This document shows positions 52,585 to 64,000 of a stretch of DNA of 64,000 bases, one piece after another. A program made the position numbers and the translations under genes. This DNA is from Octopus bimaculoides (Eukaryota): positions 57,557,264 through 57,621,263 of the forward strand of contig NC_068989.1 of the NCBI RefSeq assembly GCF_001194135.2, in the 5' to 3' direction. The notes beneath the pieces were generated by a model, which was given only the letters and a program-made list of their open reading frames with translations, ran no database searches and had not been told where the DNA came from. Numbering within the stretch: position 1 is the first letter of the stretch; every line of letters starts with the position of its first letter.

Positions 52585-53002
52585 CTGTGTGTGTCTCTGT
52601 GTGTCTGTGTGTGTGTGTGTGTGTGTGTCACTAATAGACAAAGAATACCGTGCATAAATAGAATCATATGACACGTACATTAAACATTCTATTAGAACAG
52701 CGGACAGATATAGGTATAGACAAAATTGATAGTGAAATTAAATAGACCAATAGAGAGAAAAGAAAACAGATGAGATAAAATTGAATCAAATTTGGATCCT
52801 AACTAGCTTGTCAGTTTGTGCAGGATAACATTGGAAGATATAAGGAGAAAGAGAAAGTGGAGAAGGAGGGGTACGGGAAAGAATGAGAGATCGAGTGCTG
52901 ATAAAAACCAGCGATGAAGAATCAATATGTTTTAATATGTGAATGATGAAGTCTAGTTTAATGGAATGAGTTAGAAAAACTAATATGAAAAAAAAAATTC
53001 TA

Positions 53003-53396
53003 AGGCGCAGGCGCGGCGGTGTGGTAAGAAGCTTGCTTCCCAACCACATGGTCCCGAGTTCATCCCACTGCGTGGAAACTTGGGTGTCTTCTGCTATAGC
53101 CTTGGGCCAACCGAAGCTGTGTGAGTGGACCTGGTTGACGGAAACTGAAAGAAGCCCGTCGTATATAAATATATATATATATATTCTGTGTGTGTTTTGT
53201 GCGTGTATTTTTATGTCGGTGTTTGACCCCCACCGTCGCTTGACAATCGGTGCTGGTGTATTTACGTCCCCGTAACGAAGAAACCGATAGAATAAGTACT
53301 AGGCTTTAAAAAATAAGGACTGGGATCGAGTCATTCGATTAAAAAATCCTCGGTGCCCCAGCATGGCTGCAGTCTAATGACTGAAAAAGATAAAAG
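53003..53396 (+). mobile_element. SINE family A, full length
   Basis: AGGCGCAGGCGCGGCGGTGTGGTAAGAAGCTTGCTTCCCAACCACATGG... through ...CAGCATGGCTGCAGTCTAATGACTGAAAAAGATAAAA. Confidence 0.88.
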
Positions 53397-55134
53397 GTAG
53401 TACTTTTTTTCTTTACTGCTACAGGCACAAAGCCTGAATTTTTTGTGGGTGGAGGGTGTTAGTCAATTACATCGATCTCTATACTTGGCGGGTGCTTATT
53501 TTATCGATAAAAGGCAAAGCTAACCTCGGCGGTATTTGAGCCGGAACAATGCCACAGTCTTCCGGCGTTCTAACGATCATAAGATAGTGGTTTCGGTTCC
53601 CAGATTGGGTGGTACATTGTGTTCTTGTGTTCTTCACTTCAGTTCACTCAGCTGTAAATGAATTCCAGCAATAACAGGGAGGTTAACCCTGTGAATGACC
53701 GGTGTCCCATTCAGGGGTAGGGAGGAATATTGTAATCTCATTCATATGCCATTGAAACCGGATTAAGGTCCGACCTTCGGAGTCGTAGGGCTCATGACAG
53801 ACCTAAGTCCTAAACATCAGGTGTCGAGCTGACAATAGTTAGAGTGTCCTGCAGCTCTTTACGTTCTCAGTTCAATTCAAGCTGAAGTCAACTTTGTCTT
53901 TCATCCCTCGAAATCCAATTTAATAAAGTACCAATCGAGCACCGTAATCGATTCAATCGACTAACCTCCTCCCCTAATATTGCTAGCCTTGTGCCAAAAT
54001 TTGGAGCAAGAATTATTAAGGAGGTGAGTGATAGCATCGATAGCGCGATGGTTCTCTATTGTTTATAAATTCAAATCCAACGTTATCGTCTGTATCCACA
54101 CAAAAGAATTATTGTAAAAGCAACAATTGTAAGATAATATCAAGAGGAACGATTGTAAGATTACAAAGTAGTTTGCTAGATTATGATGTTGAGCTGAATA
54201 TCTCCCATAGATATCCAGTTACAAGCGGATTATCTCACTGTTCTCGTTTTGGAATCAGTTTAGTTTATCACTTATTGACACACATCATCAATAAAAAAAA
54301 GAATTCAATTCTAACAAGAGAAAGATCTGCAGACTACACCACTGTGCTACAACTCTAGTACTACAAACTAACAAGGCGGGGAGGGTGTTCTGTGTGATCG
54401 AAAGACCTGGTAAAAATAGCAGCCAAATCTTCCTCAAATCACCCACCCCCACCATTTGAGAAAGGACACTTTGAGAATAAATGGTTAAATGTACAGTGAA
54501 CAGAGAGAACAAGAACGCTAACACCTATTCATTTTTAATGCGTTCAAAGAGACTCAAACACGAATATATCAATCACTGTTATATTTCGTTACTGAAGAAC
54601 TGCTTTCTGACGAATATATGTTCTTAACACACTTGATTTAATGGGGTGTCTCGACGTCCCTGCACCTTAATGAATCGAGAGTGTTATAAACACACATTTT
54701 TCAGAAAGATATTCTCTAATGACAAAATATTATAACAATTAGCAAATTCATTTTCGAATCTGTCAGAATGTATTAAGCCTGAAATTTTTATGATATTTGA
54801 TAATGTTATTCTGGATTCCCTGCCCAAAGGGAAAAGACGAGATATTCAAGGCTGGAATGCTTTGAAAATGGATCTGTCCGACGAGGGCTAAGCTGGGACT
54901 AAACAACAAACACCAGAACCATTAATCATAGTTGTGGAGGAAATTAGCTTCTGTCATCTCGTACGATTTAGCGCATCACGACAACGTCCCAGGATTATCA
55001 ACATTACAAGCTCAAAGAAAATCTTTCAGACAGGCATTTCTAAACGGTCGCTAATGAAACTGTCCGTAGATGCAATCTTCTTGCTCAATAGCTAACCATG
55101 AATGTAGGAGTAGTAACATTAACGGTAGCAATTA

Positions 55135-55135
55135 A

Positions 55136-55171
<36 letters not shown>

Positions 55172-55260
55172 GGTGGTGGTGGTGGTAGTGGTAGTAGTAG
55201 TAGCNNNNNNNNNNNNNNNNNNNNNNNNNNNNNNNNNNNNNNNNNNNNNNNNNNNNNGTG

Positions 55261-55337
<77 letters not shown>

Positions 55338-55392
55338 GGTGGTGGTGGTGGTAGTGGTAGTAGTAGTAGCGGCGGCGGCGGCGGCGGCGAAA
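55135..55392. repeat. (TAG/TGG/CGG)n trinucleotide tract with an internal gap
   Basis: Direct inspection. Similar (AGT/TAG)n runs lie at 5121-5178, 12478-12533 and 14366-14418; (GTT)n at 1421-1493 and 3490-3524; (TAA)n at 1925-1980. Confidence 0.92.
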
Positions 55393-58300
55393 GTACTGCT
55401 GCTGCTATTTGTAGTTGGCAGCAGCAATTGTAATAGCGGTTTGTGACATTGCTTGCTTTGGATTATTGACGATATTTGGCTGGCCATAAAATTGCTATTG
55501 AAATCAAAACCGGTTGATAAATAATTGATTATTTGATATCAATACTTTTGCTGTTTGTCTCATGTGTTCATTCAATGATTTATTGGCTTTTGCCTTTATT
55601 TCACAAAAAATTACGTCCAGTTAAGAATAGCCGTTTTAATTATGACAGTCCCAGAGGCAAACTGTGTAGAGAAAAGTGGTGAGGTATTAGCAAACTGGAT
55701 CCTGGAATCTCGGAAATATATCTCTTTAGATATTCTGTTACTCACACTGGGAAATCATTGAAGATTATGCGATCTCATTTTTACTTCCTTTTCCTGTCTT
55801 GTGTCTCAGTAAATAAATATTAGCATAGGCGTGGCTGTGTGGTAAGTAACTTGCTTCTCGACCACGTGGTCCCGGATTCAGTCCCACTATGTGACGTGGC
55901 ATCGTGGGTAAGTGTCTTCTACTATAGCCTCTGGCCAAACAAAGCCTTTGTGGGTTGATTTGGTAGACGGAAACTGAAAGAAATCCATCGTATATATATA
56001 CATATATATATATATATAGGTTATGAGCGAAAGTGGTGTCAATTAGACCCAGAGGTTTCAGGTAATGCTGAGTAAGTGCAATAGATAGACCACAGTAAAG
56101 TTCCAGGTTCGGTGATTATGCGAATAAGGAGGCCAACGTAGATCATACATCAGCATATGAATATACGGATTTCTTAATGGAATAAAAAAAAACCAAGGCT
56201 GTGTATAATATAGAACATTTATAAATAGAAGGTCTTACATATATATATATATATATATANNNNNNNNNNNNNNNNNNNNNNNNNNNNNNNNNNNNNNNNN
56301 NNNNNNNNNNNTTTGTGTCAGTGTTTGTCCCCCACCACCCCTTGATAATCGGAGTTGAGTGTTTCTCGTCCCATAATCTAGAGGTTCGGCAATAATGACC
56401 GATGGAATAAGTACCATGTTTTAAAAAAGTACTAAGTTCGATTCATTCGACTAAAAATTCTTCAAGGCGGTGCCCCAGCATAGCCGCAGTCTAATGACAG
56501 AAACGAGTAAAAGATAAAGATACTTCTTCCATGTGATATAAATCAATGACGTCACTTCCTAATAAACTAAGTCCACTGCCTTGACTTTGATATCACCTCT
56601 ATGTGACCCTCGAATGTTTTTGTTTGTTACAAACATTCTTACCGCATATCCAATATAGGGATTCTTCTCCCTTCCACCACTTTCAGAGATCCCCCACAAA
56701 AGCATGGCTGCTACCGCTTCTTCTGGTAAATTAGCCATTAAAAGAAGAGTGATTACGATTTCAATCTCTATTTGAAATGACTTCACTTCATTGATACCAG
56801 TAATGTACTTGTGACAGGTATAAGCAGCACATTTGTTGCCTCTCCTAGAATATAGAAACTTTGTACATTCGTCACAAGGAAACTTGTATTACCATAATTC
56901 CATGGTGGCTGTTTGGATTATTTCTTAAGTAAGTTGTGAATCCTTTAATGAGGAATTGTTGTTTTAAAATGTGTGTACATATTTAAAACAACAATGAAAA
57001 ATTGTTACAAAGCCGATGATCGGGTTTCGATTCCGTTTTGCCACCTTCTAGTGAAGAATATATTACATATGATTAGGTGTCATGCTGGAACGGTAAGAAG
57101 AGGTTAAGGGAATGACTCAACCTGTATTGGGAACATAGTTTTCCAGGAGCTTATCCATCGCTCTGCATTGAAAATACAGTGTTAAACTACGTATAAAGTC
57201 CCTGATTAATGTAGCATGTTGGCGGAGTCGTTAAAGCCTCGGATAGAATATATTACTTATATCCGTTCCTCTGCTTTGAGTTCAAATTTCACAGAGGTCA
57301 AGTTTGCTTTTTAGCTTTCAATTTTTTTGGCGGGGTTGATAAATTACTGTCTGGTTAATGAGGTTGATTCTTTTTTGTCTCTCATTCGCTTTGAAAGAAA
57401 TCGACTTCTTCGGGTTTTAAATACCCAAGGTAGATCATATAACACGACAGCGCCCCACCGATCCTGTTAGAACTCAAGAGAAGGACTGAAGGAAACTCGC
57501 TAAAATCTATAATGTACACCAGTTTATTTCTTCAGAAACGACAAGAAATATTTGTTAAGCTTGTGTGTCTTTGCTGAATATTTAGTCTAAGTAACGAAGT
57601 TCTACAACTCTAAAGATAACTTCAGAGCTAGAAATCACTTGTGAGAAGCTATCGACGCTCTACAAAGAACAAACATTTCTCACAATGAAATACTGCTCTT
57701 GTATCTGGGATTAAACAGCTGCCATGTACAGAAATATTCTGAACTATATTTCAAAAATGTCTGTTCAACTCATACATCAAGTCTCACCCCACAAATACAC
57801 TAATTCTCTTAACTATGTCTTTTCAGTTATCACCCTCCATTCAAATTCATCTGTGCATCCACTTCTCCCCGTTTCAGCATTGTTGCTTTTCCATTCACCC
57901 CCACTGCACCCCAAACTCCTCTCTAAACACTTGCTTCATAGTTCTCATTCTCTGACATGGCAATTTAACTTGTGTCATTGTATGAAACACTAAGCATTTT
58001 TCTTTCTATTTTCTTTTTTTTTTTACTCAGCAAATTTTATTTTAAAGAAAGACACAATCGACTTCTATTTAATTTCTCAATCTAATTTCCATGTCGTAAT
58101 CAGGATTTATTCCCTTTCTTCTATAGCTACACATACGTTTTGTCTTGTTAATGTTGCCATCTGTTTTGTAGATAAAATATTAACATGTAGTTGCATTGTC
58201 TTTTCTTGCTGTCGTTATTATTATTAATGCTGGTGCTGTAATTGCTTGTTCTTGTTAATAATCTATCTGTTGCTCTTCTATTTTGTTACATTCGTAATGT

Positions 58301-59076
58301 TCTGTTGTTTGTTTGTTTCTTGTCTTTTTTCTTGTCGTTGTTATCGACTTTATTGAAACATATCTAATAACAATTGATTTATAAGGGTAGCACTATAATG
58401 TAGTAGAATCTTAGTTCCGATTTTTTGTTGGAATATCCTTTAACTTCCTTTCATAACGCCAATGTCATTACCAAAAATGGTAAGAATTAACGAATTCTCA
58501 TTTGTCTTCCACTTCAACAATTTTAGTTTTCCTTCCTTTGTTAGGGGTTATTGTTGTTGTTTTTGTTGTTGTTGTTATCGTTGTTGCTTTCATCGCCATT
58601 TTGTTACTATTCATCTTAATTTCCTTGTTTAGCTTTTAGTTTAATTATTGATCTGTTTGTCATATGGATACAATGTGTGTGTGTGTGCGCATATACACAT
58701 ATACATATGTAAACAACTTATAGGTACTAGGACGTGAAGATTAGCTAAGCCGGTTTTGTGTATGTTACAACTTATGTAACAAGCTTCGCTTTGCTACGAA
58801 ACGACTGTAGTCCGTGTTTACCTGTTCCATTCCTTGCTTTCTTGGATCTTTATCCGCATTTTTAGAAACTTTCGTTGCTAAACCGTGAGTTGTATGCTAA
58901 CTGTCAGCTTATTGAAATTTCTTTTGATTTCAATGAGACGAAAAGTGTAACTTACGATGTTAATAAACTCGTTTAATCGTATATTGCCCACCTTTTGTTG
59001 TCTATACTAACTATATAAACGCTGGAAGCTTACTGACTTCCTGCACTTGTTTCCCGGGATCGTCCATACTTATTGC

Positions 59077-59119
<43 letters not shown>

Positions 59120-59121
<2 letters not shown>

Positions 59122-59388
59122 AGGCGCAATGGCCCAGTGGTTAGAGCAGCGGACTCGCGGTCGTAGGATCGCGGTTTCGATTCCCAGACCGGGCGTTGTG
59201 AGTATTTATCGAGCGAAAACACCTGAAGTTCCACGAGGCTCCGGCAGGGGATAGTGGCGAACCCTGCTGTATACTCTTTCACCACAACTTTCTCTCACTC
59301 GTTCTTTCTGTTTCTGTTGTACCTGTATTTCAAAGGGCCAACCTTGTCACACTCTGTGTCACGCTGAATCTCCCCCGAGAACTACGTT
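59120..59388 (+). mobile_element. SINE family C, truncated by an assembly gap
   Basis: GGAGGCGCAATGGCCCAGTGGTTAGAGCAGCGGACTCGCGGTCGTAGGATCGCGGTTTCGATTCCCAGACC...; matches 35922-36310. Confidence 0.9.
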
Positions 59389-61858
59389 NNNNNNNNNNNN
59401 NNNNNNNNNNNNNNNNNNNNNNNNNNNNNNNNNNNNNNNNNNNNNNNNNNNNNNNNNNNNNNNNNNNNNNNNNNNNNNNNNNNNNNNNNNNNNNNNNNNN
59501 NNNNNNNNNNNNNNNNNNNNNNNNNNNNNNNNNNNNNNNNNNNNNNNNNNNNNNNNNNNNNNNNNNNNNNNNNNNNNNNNNNNNNNNNNNNNNNNNNNNN
59601 NNNNNNNNNNNNNNNNNNNNNNNNNNNNNNNNNNNNNNNNNNNNNNNNNNNNNNNNNNNNNNNNNNNNNNNNNNNNNNNNNNNNNNNNNNNNNNNNNNNN
59701 NNNNNNNNNNNNNNNNNNNNNNNNNNNNNNNNNNNNNNNNNNNNNNNNNNNNNNNNNNNNNNNNNNNNNNNNNNNNNNNNNNNNNNNNNNNNNNNNNNNN
59801 NNNNNNNNNNNNNNNNNNNNNNNNNNNNNNNNNNNNNNNNNNNNNNNNNNNNNNNNNNNNNNNNNNNNNNNNNNNNNNNNNNNNNNNNNNNNNNNNNNNN
59901 NNNNNNNNNNNNNNNNNNNNNNNNNNNNNNNNNNNNNNNNNNNNNNNNNNNNNNNNNNNNNNNNNNNNNNNNNNNNNNNNNNNNNNNNNNNNNNNNNNNN
60001 NNNNNNNNNNNNNNNNNNNNNNNNNNNNNNNNNNNNNNNNNNNNNNNNNNNNNNNNNNNNNNNNNNNNNNNNNNNNNNNNNNNNNNNNATATATATATAT
60101 ATATACACATGATGAGTATATCGGGATAAATTATCCATAGTAGTTCTCATGCATAGTCCAGGTTTTGGTTAATCACATCAAGTAGAAATTAACATCAATG
60201 ATAGCTTAGCATGAGCAATCCCACTGTAATTCGTCTGATGGGTAAATCTGGATTCGCTTCCCTGGATTATGAATATTTTCGGGCGTGTAAATTCCAAACA
60301 ATTACAAAGAATGCGGAGACCGATAAATCTTCAATTTTTTCCTTTTAATTTAGCAGTTAATTATACAGCATAATTAATTAGTTAAAATGACCGACACGTG
60401 TTTCTGCTGCACAGACTATGTGCAGCTGCATATGTAACCCTCAGTATTCTGCTATACACTTTCAATCATGGTCTTTCCACAAGCCTGATCCTTAGCGAAT
60501 ATATATATATATATGTATGTATATATANNNNNNNNNNATATATAATGTTTTTTTTCTGTTGCTATTTCCCTGTTATCGTTGTTATTGCTACAGTTTTATG
60601 TATATTTTATTACACCCTTATAGGATTTATATCGTTTCCATCGTAACTATTGCATTGTTTTGCTGTACTTGTGTTTTTTGTTTGTTTTTACTTTTTGTTT
60701 TGTATTTTTCTTTTCTGTTTTTTTTTTGTTTGTTCCTACAACACCTCTTGCTGAACTTCTAATATTGATATTGTATCTATTGTTATTTTGTGAGTTTTAT
60801 TATCGTTATTGATTGTTACATTTCTTTGAGTCACATTTCTTTCTAAAAACCACCTCATATTCTAAATTCTCTTTTCATTTTATCAGTTAACATAAGATAC
60901 CATATGATTGATATTTGATCATATCTCATTCATTTCCTATAGTTTCATACTGTTTATATAACATTCCTATCATCTCTATGTCTTACTGTGTCACCAGATT
61001 ATCATATCAATGTTTCCATCAATATTTTGCCAACTTGCTTCACTTTTGATGATGTATTATTTATCAAGATACAAATAAATATTGCATTGGCTTTCTTTCA
61101 ACTTATCTTTTATGTAACTTATCTAACGGCGTAGCTTTTGCTGTGTGCTTAAGCTGTTCGCTCCACAATGATGTGATGTTTTGGTTTGGGGGTTCATCCC
61201 CACAGGGCGGCACTTTGGACAAGTATCTTTTACACTAGCCCCAGACTATAGCAATGGAAACTCGTCGTGTGTGCGTGTGTGTGTATACACACAGACACAC
61301 ACACACATACACATACACGCACACACACACACACACAACGCGAAGGGTTCCTACCCGTACAACTTCTGCCTAGTAAATTCCACTCACACAGCTTTGGGTA
61401 AATTGAGACTATAGTAGAAACAGTAGATAACTCTTGCCCAAACTACCACACACGAGTATCGAACAAGAACCCACATTGTTTCCTATCGAACTTTTTAATC
61501 ACACACTCATCACATGTGAATTATTTCTATTTTGTATGTATATTCTATTATGACTTCAAGAGTCAAAGCAGCGAGCAGGCAGAGTCGTTAGCGACAATTC
61601 TTCCAGCTCTTTACGTTCTGAGATCAACTTCGACCTTCGGGATCGATTAAATAAAATATCAGTTCAGATGTCAATGTGATCACCTTCGGCTTTTATTATG
61701 TACGCTTCTCAAGAATTACACTGAAATTACAAGGATCTCCCGAGGTATTAGGCAATAGCTTAAAACATCAGAACTGGTAATATTTAATAGTAGTTACACA
61801 TCAAAACTGATCATGGTCCTATATGCGAAACTAACTTTATTTTTACATCTATTTTCAG

Positions 61859-61966
61859 GACATCCAGTTGGCATATGGGACTCCTGTTATAATAATGTCT
61901 CAGCAACTGCAACTATAGCAGCAGGATCAAATACAGAACCAGCCACTTGCGAAGATAAGAAACCTT
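61859..61966 (+). CDS. Second coding exon of the same claudin-superfamily gene (extracellular loop 1)
   Basis: Acceptor TTTTACATCTATTTTCAG|, 108 nt, phase 1-1, donor T|GTAAGC. It reads (G)HPVGIWDSCYNNVSATATIAAGSNTEPATCEDKKP, containing the G-[LI]-W-x2-C...C signature, and splices in frame to exon 456-642. Confidence 0.78.
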
Positions 61967-63106
61967 GTAAGCTCTTTTAATACATTATTGATTTTTCTGT
62001 GCGTCCATACTTACATTGTGTGGTTGTGGGTAGGGTTGTTATTGGTTATTTTGTCTTTGTAAGAACGAAATGGTTGAATGAGTGAGTTTTGTACGATTGG
62101 CGTATTGCAAGTGTTATATGTTTCTGGGTGTATTTTTAGTTATACGTTTAATCATTGGACACGCTTCGGTTCACCTGGATGTGAAAATTAATTTAGAGAT
62201 CTTCTGTGAATGTTACCCAGTAATAGGCTGATGTTTAATTTAGGAACATAGAAAAATGTATCTGTCGTTTGCAAGTCATGAAAACTGAGCTAAGAACCTG
62301 CATTTGTGACCCTATTTGGTCTCTTCAAAGTATTTTTTTAAATCCTGAGATAGGAAATGATTTTTTTTGTGAGTGTACATGGGGGTCGAACTTTCTTTTT
62401 TACATTTAAAGAATTACGCACTATTTCATCAGTTACTGTGGTTGTATGTGAATAGAGCCGCGCATATTCCCATCCCACCTATTTCTGTACTGTCCCTAAC
62501 CCTATCACTTCCTTTACCACACATCTTGCTCTCCCAGCACCAACCCTTTCCACTATATTTACATTGAATGTTCCTTTACTCTGAGCACCTTCTGTCAATC
62601 ATCGGCGCTCCCCTCCTTTATTGTAACCCTTTGTATCCACCCTGAGTACCTCTGACCTCCATCTCTGTCACTGTGTCACTTCATTCCCCACCCTTCACCA
62701 CATTTCCCTATTTCTCATCTATCTACAGTTTTATTAAGCTGTTGATCTCCAGCCCACCTTTATGTATTACCTCCCCCTCCTCCTCGACCCACTCTTATTC
62801 TCTTTTAGATGTTTATATTCCTTTAATGAAAAAGTGTTTAGATGTTTATATTCCTTCAATGTCACTGAACATCCGTCTTTCAACTACCCACATCACTTCA
62901 CAACATTTCACTACTTCTCATTTATCTTTAGTTTTATTACACTGTTGCTCTCCACCCACCACACCCACCCCCTTTTTTTAATTCCACTTATCGTATGCTC
63001 TTGCTTTACCCCCTCCTATTTCCTTCACCTTCTCCCCTAAACTGAGATTCCCTCTTGACTACACTTCCACTTCTGTTCATTCTCTTCAGTCGCCTCTGTC
63101 CCAGCT

Positions 63107-63332
63107 TTAACCCTTTAGCGTTCAGATTATTCTGTCAAATGTAATACTTATCCATTCACATTGTTTTGAATTAACCATGGATTATCTTGTAACTTTGAGA
63201 TTTTGCTGATGTAAATGTTTGTTTTGAATGACATTGTTGAGTAGATGTGAGAAGCTGGATCTGACCAGTTTAAGCATAAAACAAGTAGAACATTTTAAGT
63301 CAAATATGACTGACATAAATGCTAAACATTAA
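63107..63332. mobile_element. piggyBac-like MITE
   Basis: TTAA|CCCTTTAGC left end and a degenerate GCTAAACA|TTAA right end; ~225 bp and non-coding. Confidence 0.55.
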
Positions 63333-63539
63333 TCATCTTCCACTTCCCTTTCACATTCTTGCAAAACTTACCAACCTTTTCTTTCTGAACCACCATCTGC
63401 ATTCTCTTTTATGCTCACCCTCTTATATCTCGAGGGTATGCCCTGACACTTCATCATCACCATCCTTTTTCCATTTCCAGCCGAGGTTTCTGTTTCTCTA
63501 TCATTCTTTATGCCTAGCATAAAGCCACTGTCTGAATGC

Positions 63540-63780
63540 TACAGCCCCAGCATAATCAAGGGGTCTTGGCTTGCAAGTAACTTGGTTACATCACAAGTGT
63601 TGGTGCCACATAAATAGCACCCAGTACACTCTGTAAAGTGGTTGATATTAGGAAAGGCATCCAGCTGTAGAAACTGAGGAAAAGCAGACTTTGGAGCTCA
63701 ATATAGTTATTTGGCTCATCAGATCCTGACCAACCATCTAGTATAGAAGCTGGCCATTAAACAATGATGATGATAATGAT
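63540..63780 (+). mobile_element. 3' portion of a retroposon with a (GAT)n tail
   Basis: GTACACTCTGTAAAGTGGTTGATATTAGGAAAGGCATCCAGCTGTAGAAAC...CCATTAAACAATGATGATGATAATGATG; family recognised from recall only. Confidence 0.45.
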
Positions 63781-64000
63781 GACAATAGAGTAATAGCAGT
63801 AGCAGAAACAGCAGTAATATATATGAAATTTCTACATTTCCCTATTGGGCAAATGAAGGAAATTTAAAATACACAATAGATTGTCATATATTTAGTAATA
63901 ATTTTAATTAAAATCTGATCATACAGGAAGGCAATTTTTTTTAAAATAATAATACTTCTAAATAATCAGAAAATATATTTATTTGTCAAATGTAATTAAA

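Noticed and set aside
59120-59190. tRNA-like heads of SINE families A, B and C
   Set aside because: A/B-box-like sequence continues directly into SINE body without a proper acceptor stem, so these are not tRNA genes.
60105-60240. Possible C/D-box snoRNA (ATGATGA ... CTGA)
   Set aside because: There is no terminal stem and no recognisable rRNA/snRNA antisense element; the motifs are expected by chance.
1-64000. Dozens of 60-400-aa ORFs (poly-HT/CV/YI, poly-X, KEGR/LPSF, poly-T/V/S)
   Set aside because: They are translations of microsatellites, N gaps or antisense repeat sequence, with no domain signal or splice support.

Overview
AT-rich, microsatellite-dense eukaryotic genomic DNA with about 6 kb (~10%) of N gaps. 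The SINE and MITE complement looks like an octopus (coleoid cephalopod) draft scaffold; this is inferred from recall, not database-checked. Almost the whole window appears to be one ~61.2-kb phase-1 intron (643-61858) of a + strand PMP22/EMP/claudin-superfamily gene. Exon 456-642 (N-terminus plus TM1) and exon 61859-61966 (GIWxxC...C loop) join in frame to give W-x7-G-I-W-x2-C. The intron contains several tRNA-derived SINE families, a decayed RLE-type (R4/Dong-like) LINE with a nested TSD-flanked insertion, an RTE LINE fragment, two DD37D (maT) and one DUF4817-type Tc1/mariner relic, and hAT-, mariner-, piggyBac- and Helitron-like non-autonomous elements. The most unusual signal is a 160-bp foldback element (12241-12400) whose two arms each spell a minimal type-I hammerhead-ribozyme-like motif, one per strand. 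Also notable is a ~140-bp inverted repeat pair 4.1 kb apart (8571-8712 / 12797-12940) that covers a cryptic stop-containing microexon. No rRNA, true tRNA gene or CRISPR array was seen. Nearly all ORF-track entries are microsatellite, gap or repeat artefacts. Extra exons hidden in the gaps cannot be excluded.
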